Of a stretch of DNA of 64,000 bases, positions 37,001-49,680 are shown one piece after another; position 1 is the first letter of the stretch; the number at the start of each line of letters is the position of its first letter. Origin of the DNA: Raillietiella orientalis (lineage: Eukaryota); assembly GCA_036172245.1 (NCBI GenBank), contig JAYWIR010000039.1, positions 992,001 through 1,056,000 on the forward strand, given 5' to 3'. The notes under the pieces were generated by a model. That model saw only the letters and a program-made list of their open reading frames with translations, was not told the DNA's origin and made no database searches. The translations under genes were made by a program, and so were the position numbers.

Positions 37001-37343
37001 CGTACTGGGGTCTATCTTGCACCCCTCACAGACCAGGATCAGTCCGGGAAGCTGCATATCGACATCTCGGAGGCGAGATTCATCATTTGGTTCTTGTGCA
37101 GGCCCAAGGATGGAATCCCCATGGACCAGAGACATTGTATCACGGGTGCATGGTTTCTATAGCAACGCTACTGTGCTACTTTCATTTTTTTTTTTTTTTT
37201 TTTTGTCTGTGGAGAGAACAAAAGGAAGGCCGGATCATCATGATTATTTTCTCCTTTTACATCAAATTCAGAAACACGACATTCGTTCAAACGATCGTGG
37301 CTGGTCACCCGAACCCAATCTCTTCGAGGCCTTCCGGGAAAGT

Positions 37344-38354
37344 TCAGTAGGTGGTGGCAGGTTTCTGAACGACAATAACCGCCTTGTTACTTCTTGGAGG
37401 TCCGTAACTTCCTGGGACTGAGGGCACCAATGGATCTTGATGACTTTTTAGTTGTGTGTACGCGATGACAGCGTCCCTTCCGACGTCAACTGCGTCGGAA
37501 ACAGCGGTCGCCGCGAACCTGAACGCCGACTTCGTCAGCTTTTGCAGGTTTTCTGTAGCACGCAGCACGAGATGACCCACGACTTTGGCGCGATGCTCCT
37601 TGTCCTGAGGACTCAAGTTGCTGTAAGACACGGGAACCCTGATGGAGTTAAAGAACGCGTTAAACACGGAGGGCTTTCGGTTTACGGTGGTGGTTCCCTG
37701 AACACCGTACGCCCCTTTCTGAGGGTGCGACCCAGTCAAGCCGAGCTCTCGCTGAAGAATGGCCCAAGATTCCGGGGTGTGCTTGACTATCTGGTACTCC
37801 ATTTTGGGAGCTCCATAACTCTGCGGAACGGTCACTTTGGGAGACTCGTAGCTGTGCTCAGGGTTCACTTCGGGAGTGGGGTGATTATGAGGCTGATGTT
37901 CGTGGGGAGGAGGAGGGAGGAGATTTGTGATCCCGAGGGAAGGATAAAACAGCGCTTGTTCGTTCGAACTCGCGATTTCATTATTCTCAAAGGAGAGCGC
38001 ATCCTGAGGATTCGGCCTTTCAGCCTCGCTTATTGAAAACAGGGCATACGGATTGGGAATTTGGTAAGAATTGCTGGCCCCGTCAGCCTGGTTGGGGAGG
38101 ACGACTTCCAGAATGTTGCTCTGCAGGAAAGCGTCATCGATGTTCTCCTTGTTCCGCTCTTCGTGAAGGCTTTCTAAAGACGGAAGATGGATCATAGGTC
38201 TCCAAGGAGATGTGTCAATAATGTGATTGGCACAATCCGGACATGCATGCTGAGGGGGCAGGGAAGGGCCTTCGCTGTTAGCGTCACAGCATCTCTTCGA
38301 CAGCAACGGCAAGATTAGAATCAGGCTGACGGCTCGAACTGGCACGAACGGCAT
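37344..38354 (-). CDS. Putative secreted protein, 336 aa, single exon, with cuticle-type SYGAP/SYGPP motifs
   Basis: Long ATG ORF; hydrophobic N-terminus (AVSLILILPLL); Pro/His patch; QSYGAPK and GSYGPPR motifs; possible amphipathic helix near the C-terminus. Confidence 0.75.
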   Translation of the reverse strand: MPFVPVRAVSLILILPLLSKRCCDANSEGPSLPPQHACPDCANHIIDTSPWRPMIHLPSLESLHEERNKENIDDAFLQSNILEVVLPNQADGASNSYQIPNPYALFSISEAERPNPQDALSFENNEIASSNEQALFYPSLGITNLLPPPPHEHQPHNHPTPEVNPEHSYESPKVTVPQSYGAPKMEYQIVKHTPESWAILQRELGLTGSHPQKGAYGVQGTTTVNRKPSVFNAFFNSIRVPVSYSNLSPQDKEHRAKVVGHLVLRATENLQKLTKSAFRFAATAVSDAVDVGRDAVIAYTQLKSHQDPLVPSVPGSYGPPRSNKAVIVVQKPATTY

Positions 38355-41300
38355 TTCCGGAGTTACTTTAATCTCGACACCTCAGCACATACACATGACC
38401 ATCAAATGGGGAGAACGGGCGCTGAACCGGTTCGAGGAATCACCTTTCGCGATGCGTTTCGTTGGTAACCGGGCAACAAAAAACTCTACACACGCAGGGT
38501 CTTAATCTCCCGAGAAATAAGATCACTTTGTTTGTTTTTAAAAAACCAACACCGACAATATTCCTGGCAGGGAACACTAAAATCGCATCACTCGCTTCAC
38601 CATCACCTGCAGCTTCGGATGGAGCGCCACAAAAGAAAGTAAAATCAAACTGAGCATTGCCGCATCTTCACATCTGTACTGGCCTGGCATCTACCAAGAG
38701 AAATGATAAGGCAACGAGAGAAAGAGTCCGCTGAACTGACCTCATTACTGGGAAGTCACGGAGAGATTCCGGTACAGGTGATGGGCAGCTGTTTTTTTTT
38801 GTGCATCTTCTGCTTAGATGCGTCGTGGAACGAGAAGAACCGTTTTTTGAATCCGCGACGCGTACTTGGGTGGTGACCGGTACTTCCCAAGATTAGCAAC
38901 TGGACGGGACCTGCTGCTTGTAACGGGGGCCGAATCCAATGGATTGGTAGGCAGCCGACGCTTTCCAGTTTCGTTTCACCACCACCCTTGCTTTTGGATT
39001 TCCATTTTTGTTATTACTGTTATTATTACTAATTTGGAGTTCATACCTTACCAGTTGGCCTGCACAGCGCAAGTTCATCCCCAAGCCGAAACTGAAATTC
39101 CATGACTTGGTTCAATAGATTTCGAAATTTAATTCAGTGCGTGAGATTAATCAGAGCCAGCTGTTCATCTAGAGCTTGAAATAAACAGCTGGTGTCTCTG
39201 GGTGAAGACAAAGATGAAGTCAGTGACGAATAAACATCACATCAGCTCAAAGAACCTCGTTCGTGTCTGAGTTTTCCATGCTAAACAAAGAGGAGTGGAC
39301 AGCTAGAGGGAAAAGATGAATCCACAAGATACATCATAAACACGAAACGTGAGAATCAAGAAGCAAAATGAATCGCTCAATTCAACTGAACAGCTGCCAA
39401 GATGGATGAGAGGAAAAAAAAGAAAAGAAAAAGATGCACCCTGAAGAATGGTTATTTCCAGCGGAGTAATGTAAGCTCTCGGTATTTTCACTGGAATGCA
39501 CCCAAGTCCGAAATGGCATGGAGCGCATCCATTCCTCCGAACAGTCCGCTGCTCCTAGTTTTTCTGGACAAACGCCTCCATCTTCTAGGGAGAATGTCTC
39601 GTGGAGGAATCCTTCCCTGCCATTTCCTGCTGGGCACGAGAACTTACGAATTCGGTCCAGGCGACTTTGGTCTATTTTCCTGTGTTGAAGTTAAACTGCT
39701 GCTGGAACTTTCTCAGATGGTCTCAGAAAGAAATGGCAAAAATCTTTGCCGCATGCATCTTGCCCTGCTTTTCGCCTTCCGGCTGCTTTAACGGTCGTAT
39801 GGCTTTCATCTATTTCGTGGGAGGATTCTTTTATACAAACCAAGTGGAAGTGGAAACTATGGGTTTCTTCTTACGGCTCCTTCCGTCTAAAGAAATCTTG
39901 CTGGATTGCTGTTCTTTTGGAATATCGAATTATTAAGGTGCTGCCTTTGAATCCTCACGTTGGTGAAACGTCACAGCAAATTCATCCATTTCCTGCTTGT
40001 GGTTTGGAAGCCGGACCGCAGTTTCGTTCTTTAAAATGGCGCCAATCGACTCACCAAAACTCTTCGTTGTCTCTTAGCTCTCACGACCTTCGTTTTCATA
40101 GAAACCAAATGCAATTTATATGTTATGGAGTAGCGATCCAGCGTTTGTGAGTTGGTGCTACTTAACGCACTAATGTCTCAGTGCATGCGACCTCGAGGCG
40201 TGAGGTGCAGAGTTTTCTTCGCTCTGCGTAAAGCGAAGAGAGATTTTCTGAACCATTCCGTCATCTCCATCGACTCAGATGGTGATTTCGATCCCAAATT
40301 TCACTTGAGTTGAAGAGAAGATGACAGCTGGACAAATGGGAAGCCATGCTACACAAGAGAGACGAATATTGCCATGATGGAAATACGCCTCCTCTGCTGC
40401 AGAAAATCTTGGAGAAACGGAACGTACAACCAGTTCTCCGCCACTTGTTTATTCACTTTAAAATTTTCAATATGCAAATTATTGGGGTCACAGATGAATG
40501 CAGGGGCCAGTTCCATTATCTTCTCAAACTCTCTGTTCTCTTCTTGCTTACTTTGGATTTTTGTTCTTGTTTTGTCCTCTAGAGGTTCGCTCGCAAACTG
40601 GAGAAGTCGTAAGAAGAAACCCGTAATTTTCTATCCCACTTCCACTTGGCTTGTTTACATGAATCCTCTCATAAAATGAATGGAATTCATTACGGGAGGT
40701 GGTCCAGCCCATGCTTCCAATATGGATGCCGGGAACGTCGGATCTTCAGGACTTGGCCTTGAGTTTGTTCCCGGAGTGGTTGCCTGGCGGCTACCCGCTC
40801 CCGGTGTTTCAAGCGCACGCTTCTTGATTTGGCATGGAGGAGGCATCAGCTCTTCGTGTCTCTCCGCTCTCTCTGTCGGGGATGCGACCTGCCGCCATCA
40901 TCCACACCTTCTGCACAGGTGTTCCTGGTACATAGAGGCCCACACAAGCAGGAGGTTGAGTCATGCTGAATAAATGAATCCATTATCTTCACACTGAAGT
41001 GTTGGCAACTGAAAGGATGTGAAAAGACCCAACGGTTCCTTCACTATTCTGCTACCAACTACGGGACGATTGCTGGCATATCGTGGGGGCTTCCAAATTT
41101 TTCGTAAAGTGTCCATCATGGCGTCTGCTACCTTTCAAAATCACCAGGAAGAGGCAAATGGGTCATTCAAGTTGTCGCATCAAAAGGTAAAAGCTGAGTT
41201 TTTCGAAAAGAAAGGCATGGAGGAACAACGAAGAAGGAAGAACGAAAAGCGTTCCAAACTTTTCTAAACATGATGTGTGCTGACTTCCTACGTTGCTGAA

Positions 41301-44300
41301 GAGCAATGCTGGAAACCAGTCAGCATTTCCTACACGGATTACCTGTGTACTGTCAATTTGATTGAAAAAAATTAGCTTTGGATTAATATGTTCTAAAATC
41401 AGAGTGCTTTCATCTCCTGTTATTACGAAAAACAGACCAGCATCGAAATAATGCATTTTATTTTACCTAGGTTGCTGGAAAGCTATTGAACCAGAAGTAC
41501 CTGAGATGACCGAAAACACACGGAAGCTTTTATTATTGCTGACTTGAGTGACTTAATGAGCTGTTTCGAAGAAAATATGGATATTCCGTAAATTCTCTTT
41601 GGGAGGATGCATGAAAATTTCTCAATTGAATTTTTTGCCCGCCTTTCGCACAATCTTCCCATCTGCATTTAATAAGCGATCTCCTTCGAGTCCACGTCTC
41701 TTTTCTTATTCCCGATCTTCTCGATGTTTTTTTCTTGTGAATATAAGGTGTTGGAATGAAAAATATGAGCTTAGAAGTAGCTAATGTAGGGTTTCAATAC
41801 TAAGTTAGGGTTAATTTCTAGAGTATTATGTGAATGGAACGCAATTAATAATAATTTATGTGAAATAATGTTTTAATTAGTAAGAGTTGGGAAGAAGAGA
41901 AAGCTGCAGGACGAGAACGTAATAAGGAATTTGGCAAACATTTACTTGAAATATTTCTTAGAGACATTTTCCCATGAGTGATAAAATATCTTATTTTTAG
42001 GCAGCTGAATCGCCCTACACTTGCGGATCGCCTTGTGCGTGACCTACAAGTGCCCTCTGCATCAAAGAATGTCACACGCAAAGATCTCTTTTTTCATGGT
42101 TGTTCTCCTTACTGTTTTCTTGCTTTTTTTTTCCCTTTCTAAAGGCGCTTTGCCCCTAAAAGAACTATTTTGCTCTATCAAAATGTTCATTACTTGATCT
42201 TATGAAAACACCGTAGGGAACTGCCTACAAATTACCGCCGGCAACTAGAAGACACCCCTAACTAATGAAAGGTTTGGTAAACCAAAGCTGTGTCTGAGAG
42301 ATCAATAATTGCGAAATTTCGTCCCAGCGTGCATTCTGTTCCCCTGCCCGCTGGTTCTTTCTTAAAAAAGATCACTTCCTCTTCGAAGAACTGACTCTTC
42401 TGTTCAATGGTCTCTTACCAACTACACATCGTGAGTATACATTTTACCATTTCCTAAGCCGTTGCAATGAAGAGAGCGCTTATGCTTAGATACCTCCATG
42501 ATGCAACCCACTACATGGGTCACTACGTTGGGTGCCTTATGAAAACACCATTTCCCCACACCTTTCTCTCAAAATGACGTTTCAGAGTGGCCATGCAGTG
42601 ATGTCGTCTCGCAGGGCTGACCGATATGTTTCGACTTTCTTACTCTTGTGATCATTCTCTAGCGTTTTGCATCAACACTGAAAGCTTGGTTTTCAGGTGC
42701 CTCTGATCCCGTTAGGACATGCCATTAGCCAGGCGTCTGCAATGTCTTCAGATTGCTCCCTAAGAAAGTCCTTAAGAAGATTTCTGCATCGAATCATGAA
42801 TTTCAATTCAAGAAGAGTGTTCTGTTATCTTTGCCAGAAATCTACAGGCTTCTTCCCTCCTTTTGCTCCGTGGTGGTGGCACCACGAGTGCGCATCAACT
42901 TTTCGTCAACTTCCAGGATTTTCCATTTCTGGGTTTTCCATCAACTCTACCACGGAATGAAGCTGCTGATTATGTCTTCTTGTGTTGCTTTTGTTGTCCA
43001 GCCTGATTCTTCATCGGTGATCCATTTCCCAGCTCGAAAGTCTTAACGATTTGAAAGTACCATTCTTTTTTTTTTAAAAAAATATATAAATAAAATACAA
43101 ATAGCGTGGCTCCAGAATTCGTTCGCAAAATCTTCTCGCACTGGTATCTGATTTTAGACTGATTTCCAGTGCCTTCCTCGTCGGGAAGCACCAAACTGCC
43201 TGTTGGCTCGCGGCTTTTGAGTTCAATGAGGTTTCAGGAGGGTTACCGCTTAGCTCCATCTGCTGAACTATCCAATCTTGTCGTCAGAGGGCATGGACCA
43301 TCTGGTTAGCGATGCCGTATTTAGAAAACTGCTTATCCTTGATTTTCTTTAAGAATTTATTTTCATTTTATTTATTCATGTTTCTCCCTCCCTCCCCCCC
43401 TCGCATCTCTCACGCTCTCCATTTCATTTCCCACAGCTAGGAATATTTCCTTGCAGATGAAGAAGTGGTACTGGGACAACAATGGTCCCTACCACAATTT
43501 TGGTGCCTTCTTCACCAAGAAGTAGCCGCCTTCTTCCTCACTGACGTCTCGGCGTCGCTGGAGGCAGAACAAGGAAGGCAGTGGAGCAAGAAAAGGGAGT
43601 GCCAATAAAAAAAATAAAATAAAACAGATGAGGGATGGGGGGCAAGGATATGAGATGGCGATCTTAATTTCCGAGGGCTTGTGTCGAACAGGGGAAACGG
43701 ATACTGCTGCTGGTTGGGGGAGGGGGGAGCCTGACTACAATCGCCTGTAGGCTCTCACGCATCCCAGATCACAGTTTGAACCACTTTATCACGCTTTGCA
43801 TGAGGACAGTGGCGACTAAGAACGGCTCCTTGGGATGAAGGTAGCACTCTTCCATTTTGGCCGTCAGCGTTCCTCATACGCAGAGTGGTCAGCGAAGAGG
43901 TAACTGGTGAGTCCGAAGAGCAGGACGTTCTTTTGAGCATCTGAGATGAGCGCTGGTGACTGCTTCAGTCTCCGGAGCATTCCATAAGCACGTGCGGAAG
44001 GCGTTTCCACAACTCCGTAGGGGGTGCGGCGCTCGCCTTGAGCTTACACGCGATGACGTTCTTCGTCTCGAGTGAGACCCATTGCACAACCAGCCAGATG
44101 ACGCTGTTGCTGGCAGGTGAAAGACAGCCTGGGATCGCGAGCTTTCCTCGGGGAATTCCCAAGTTCAAGTTGACCCGGCTCTGGAGTGGCCCTTATCTCT
44201 GGGAGTGGTTTCGTGCCGTGCAGTCCTTCGTTGATTGCCAGGCTCAGCGCCCCCCTGGGATTGGTCTTGCTGCCGGTTTGTAGGCGAGCTGAGATGCGCT

Positions 44301-46273
44301 TGCATCTTTGGGAGAAAAAGGGGGGGAGGGAGAGGAATCCAGGTTTTGGTTTCGCCCAAAATCCTGGCCATTTGCGTTCTCCCGGAAGGAAAGGACACGA
44401 GGGGGCAAAGACGGCACTTGCGCTTCTCCGGCGACGCTGCCAAACCGAGGCTGCACCGGGCGAATCGTCCCCACTCTCGTTTCACCGCTCCTACGTCTCA
44501 AACGGGAGACTGTGTCCCCGTCTAAGAGGAGCTTCTCACAGAAACGAAACTCTCATCAATCACAAAATACGATGCTGCAAATCTTTCAATGGATGAAGAT
44601 GAATTCGTGTGAGATTCCCGGTCAAACTCCTTCTGTTTCGACTGATGCTAGAGTCAAAGAGTCTGCGTTCGAGGTGTTTAAAAAGTTTTCCCATTTGGAA
44701 GGCGCCTTCGCTCCCGCCCGACCACGTTTCATCCCTGTTGTGTTTCGTTGCCTTCATAATCACCAACATTACAGCGCTTTTTTCTTCCTCAACGGTTTTC
44801 CTTGCCCGCGTTGAAGGCTGTGTGGCTGCGGTCTCCGCGCTTGGTACAAAGCGTTGCGGGTTCGAATACTCACGTGGAGAAATGACGCCGAGAAGGACGG
44901 GTGCATCGCGTGGGTGCATCTTCACACAGGAAGACGCTGGTTGGTTTATTCGGATTGCAGCACTGGTTGAAGCCAGAAAGCGGAAGTCCCCGTTGACTGG
45001 CCTGGATGGGAAGTTGACTTTCCGGGTCCGTGCAAAAATCAAAGAGCCCTTCGTGGTTCCCCTCCGGTTGTGAAAATGGCAACCTCCCATCGCATAGCAT
45101 GGAACTGGTTGATACCCCCCTCGGGGGGTTGCTGCCTCTCTAGAGCATCAAGAAGCGCGCTGCTCCCTTCGGGGAGCGGCCCTTCAGGTAAATTGGGAAG
45201 CGTCCCTTTGAAGTTCTCTTCAGAGGAGCAACAAGGAGCGGTTCCCTTGCAGGTTCCCTCAGGAAAAGAAATGAGGAGTGCTCTTCCCCTCCAAGGAGGG
45301 TACTTCCGGTGAGAACAAGGAAGAGGTTCATCCCTTCGGAGACAACCTGGACGAGGGTTACTTCTCTTCAGGGTTCCGTCCCGAGAGTAAGAGGCACCGA
45401 ATTCCTTCTCCGGAGCCCTTCCTGAATTCACAGAGTGGTCCCCGCGGGGTTACCCCCATAAATTGAAGAGTGACACGCACCCTCAGGTGGTGTGGACGAT
45501 GTGAAAGGGCCTCATGAGCTACTAGGCAAAGGGTTCTTAAGTACTTGGCGAAACCAGTAGTTCTCCTTCTTTCTAAAAGAGTAGCACTGGCAGAGATCTC
45601 CACTGCTATCACCTAGCAACGATTTGATTAACCCGACGCGAAAGAAAATGCATTTGTTGGTCCTGGTGCACGCTGCATGCTCATTTCATGTTCTTTCCGA
45701 TGTCTAGCCTTGAGGGCTGAAATGCACCTTCCGTTCGTGTTTCGGACAACAGTTTGTAAAGCTCCACTAAACCGGCGCAGCCTCTGGTTAGGGAGGACCG
45801 ATTGCCGCATTGGGGGATCATCTGAAACTGGGAATACATCCGCGAAAGGCAAGCCGCAGGTTTCAGGATCATTTGGGAAACAGCTTCATTTCGTTCCACT
45901 CCTCGTGCGAGGCCCTCTCCACGGCTGGAGACCAGAAATAAATGGGGCGTATTTTCGATCCCTGAGGCTCTGTGGATTTCTCAGGAAATACTTACGAACG
46001 AACCATGTGATGGTATGTAGGAGCGCACCGCAAATCTCTTCGCAGGAGGAGCTGAGATTTTCTAAACAGATTTCACGACGAAATCTCTTGAGGCTCCGAA
46101 GCAGTGACTGGGGATTCGAAACATTCAAAAGAGGGCCAATCTTTGTCTTTGCCTGACGAAAGGGATCGCCGATCCATGGTAAAGGATTTGCAATCATCAA
46201 AGTTTCGAGCTACCGGTAATACCTTATTCAGAGGTGGTTCTTTATCTCTAAACTGATTAGAGCCACATTCTCA

Positions 46274-48091
46274 AGATAAGAATGTTCTAGATACTCCCTC
46301 ATTTGAGGCCACAAGCGACCTTCGAGGAAAGCTGACCCAGACGGTGTAATTACCAAGGAAGGCATCGAAGGAAAGCCATGTGAAACAATCAGACTAGAAC
46401 TACAGTTCCCCTGATGCTGAGGACAAACCTGAAAACTCACATCTCATAGGCAAAAGAAAGAAGAATCGACCGAAGAGTTGCTGGCTAGGTACTTGAGAAC
46501 CTGAAGGGTGGAATTCCGCTCAGCTCTTTTGCGAAATCGCCATAATCCTTTCCGAGCAGTGCAGAATTTTGGAAGTACAATTCATCTCTAACTGTTTTTG
46601 CATCGCGATAAGAATTTCATTCTTACTCTGAGAAACGTTGAGCAAACATCTACAGAACATCCGATTCATCTTATAGGCAAAAGCGTCATGGCCATATGTA
46701 GTTTGCACATGACCTAATAAGCATAGATGTCAAATGAAGTACCAAGGTAATTTGCAACAACCTGTTGTGATCCGAGGAGGGATGATCTTCCATTCATTAT
46801 TTATGCAGGTGAAAAAACGTGAAGATGCAGCGGTCGGTGAGATTCCTCTTGAAATAAAAGTCAGGGGTAGAGAATTTTCCAGGAACGCAAACCGTGGAAC
46901 CAGATGCCATTTCCGTTCCTGACTCTTGTTGACCAGTGTCGCCACTTCAAGACAGCAACTCTGAATCCGAAATAAGCAGACGTGCATTGCCACAGGCATG
47001 CTTTTAGCCTGTGCCTCAGATATCTACATCCGTGGTGTTCTCTGTCATTCTGCATTTGGTCCATTTCTCAGGTATGGTAACACCATGCTGTTATCTGATG
47101 AATCTTTGGGTGCACAGAGTGAACTTTAGTAAATCTAATAGTAAATCACGTGGTGTCTTTACGAGTTGCCTTGCTTTAATCTTTCGTCTGCATCTGTCCA
47201 CTCCGACTTCATCACAGATTGTCGGGACTCCAAGGGCAGGAGAAACGGAACAACAGAAACTAAGCTCACATCATGCCACGAGAAGTCAGGCCTGGCCATC
47301 ACATGTGTCATGTGTTCTATCCACGATGGCCATTCTTCGTGCTGGCACCTGACCTATAGGAGCTCTTGTTGCGTTCATGAGGTATGGCCTCATTAATTGT
47401 TTCCAGTTCCGAGACACGATTCCTATCGCAACACCACCCATTATGACCCACGACCCATCATCGAGGGGGATTATCAAAGATTATTGCGACTCTTTCGGTG
47501 AATGAACGAACTTTTCCCTCTCTACGACCTAGCGAGAAAATGAATACCGTGGTCAATTGCGATCAAGATGACCGCTACTGAGCGAAGAAAATAACTCGGG
47601 GAGGACCTGAGACCAATCTTAAGGACTAATCGACATGCATTTGCTTTGCGTACATTCGTTGTCAAGAATAATCACGAGTGGGGAGCGCACTCATGGAAAC
47701 TGGAAGGTCGGGTTTTTGAAGCCATTTTTTATTGCTCGATACGTCGTGATATCTGCTCCGCGATCTGTAATTCAGAGAGGTAAGTGCTTTAAGTATACTT
47801 CCTGAAACAACTTCAAACGGAAGCTGGATGCCAGCCTCTTTCTGCCGGCGGACCCGAACCGTGCGCGTTTCGTAGAGCACGTGAAAACAAGGGAATGGCT
47901 GGCTAGGGAATGAGTTGGAATCCCATTGCATGCCACGCATCTCTCGTCGGGATGCACATCCGGTCTTCTGAATTTGTTTCACATGGCTTTCCTTCGAGGC
48001 TCTTCCATGGTAACTGCATCGTTTGGGTCAGGTTTCCTCGAAGGGTTTGTTTATGGCTTCAAATGAGAGAGTATCTAGAACACTGCTATCT
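46274..48091. repeat. Inverted repeat pair, arms 46274-46388 and 47974-48091
   Basis: About 115-118-bp arms, roughly 85% identical by hand alignment, with the inner 24 nt identical (ttgtttcacatggctttccttcga); spacer about 1.58 kb. Confidence 0.88.
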
Positions 48092-48748
48092 CAGCATCCT
48101 GACGATCTTCTTCTCAGGAAGAGCCAGTCAGGAATCGGGGTTTTTATTTCTGCGAATCCAGAGAAAGAGGCACTGATGCACACTCACCCTGCTTTGATGG
48201 CTCAGCTACACAGAATTCAACTCAAACGCAGATCGGTCCGAATTTACAAACACCTCCTGTGTTCTCCTTGAATCTCGACAAATTTGCTCATGGGGACAAG
48301 TGCTTTTTTTTTTTTTTTTTTTCCTCCTCCCAAGCAGCCACTGAAGGTAAAAACCTTTATTCCAGAATTCCAGCTTCCAATCTATTCCAGCTTTCGGGAA
48401 AACACAAGTGTCTCTCAGAGAATGCAACTGAATGTAATCTCGTCCGTAGCGTTTCGATTTTAGATGGGGTTCAGTAAGGTCTCCAGAAAGAGGATCAAGC
48501 AGAGAGTTTTTGCGCGCAGAGAAATCCACCATGCAGCCTACTGCTTTCGCTTATTTACAAGAGAGAAGGCGTTTCCGGAAAGAAATTTCCGCTTCGGAAG
48601 GCCGCACTAAAGTCAACAACTTCTCTGCCAACCCATCTCAGGGATGCTGCCCGCGCGTGGGGAAAAGGTTGGGTACCGCAACTTCGCTCTCCAGGCGCAA
48701 GAACGCGATATCTAAAGAGAGAATGAATGTGTTTTCGTCTTGGAGAAG

Positions 48749-49680
48749 TCACCCAGTATGGGCCACACCTTTGAAAACGGTAAAGTGATCTGCTCTAAGG
48801 AGATCGTGAATAAACGGATAGTAAGCTGAAATATCTATCCCCATGGCACCTCCGTAAATCCGATTAAAAATATCCACGTATCCCAGGTTCTCCATGGGAA
48901 ACAATCTATGCTTTAAGTTTATATAAATAGGATTGTTAAGATGGATGGAATGAAGAATGAGGATATCGTGGGTGAACTGATTCCAGCCTAATAACAAACT
49001 CAGAGGAAATGATGGTCCATAAAAACGATACAAAGTATTTATCATTCTGTTAGAGAACAAATACTTGCTGAAAAAATTATGTCTCATGAATCTGTAGCTC
49101 CACAAAGGATCGAAGGAGAGAAGGCTGAGGTAATAAGCAGGAAGTAAGCGGGGAGGAGGATAAAGGAAGGCAGGAAAAAATCTGAAAGGTGGGAATGAAG
49201 TGTGGTAGATGGGGAATCGCCTGTAGTCTAACCAAGGGAGGATTGGATTGTCGAAATAGGGAGCGACAGGGAAGTATCTAAAATTCCAGTACTCAGGCGC
49301 GAAGTCGGACGTTTCGTACGGATAGGGGAATCCGAAGCTTCCCAGATCCAGTGGGAGCGATTCACTTTCTTTGAGTCCATTGATTAACCAGTTCTGATAT
49401 TCCGAATGGGTGGGGTTGTGTCTGAAAAGAGTGCGGAACAGACTCTTTATCCTTTTCTTGAAGTCGCTTCCCTCGCGAAAAGGAGATGAGATCCGTTGAT
49501 AAAGTCCGAGGCTGTCGTCATATCCTGGGAAGGAGAAGAAAGAAATGGAATCAGGAAGCAACTAGCAACGCCCTTCTCACCTGCAGCTGCTTCAGGGTTC
49601 CATGAAAGCCCAGATGCCTGCATCATGCTTTGCATCAGAACGCCTCTTATCATCAAGAAAACCTTTTTGCAAAGAGACAT
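48749..49680 (-). CDS. Putative secreted Phe/Tyr/Pro-rich protein, about 291 aa
   Basis: Exon 49680-49581 (MSLCKKVFLMIRGVLMQSMMQASG..., alternative ATG at 49737), a 56-nt GT-AG intron with a strong pyrimidine tract, then an in-phase 776-nt exon 49524-48749 very rich in aromatic residues and Pro. Confidence 0.7.

Noticed and set aside
37452..38036. 194-aa plus-strand ORF
   Set aside because: Antisense shadow of the 336-aa secreted-protein ORF.
42700..42950. PH-domain-like fragment on the minus strand
   Set aside because: Several stops and only impressionistic similarity.
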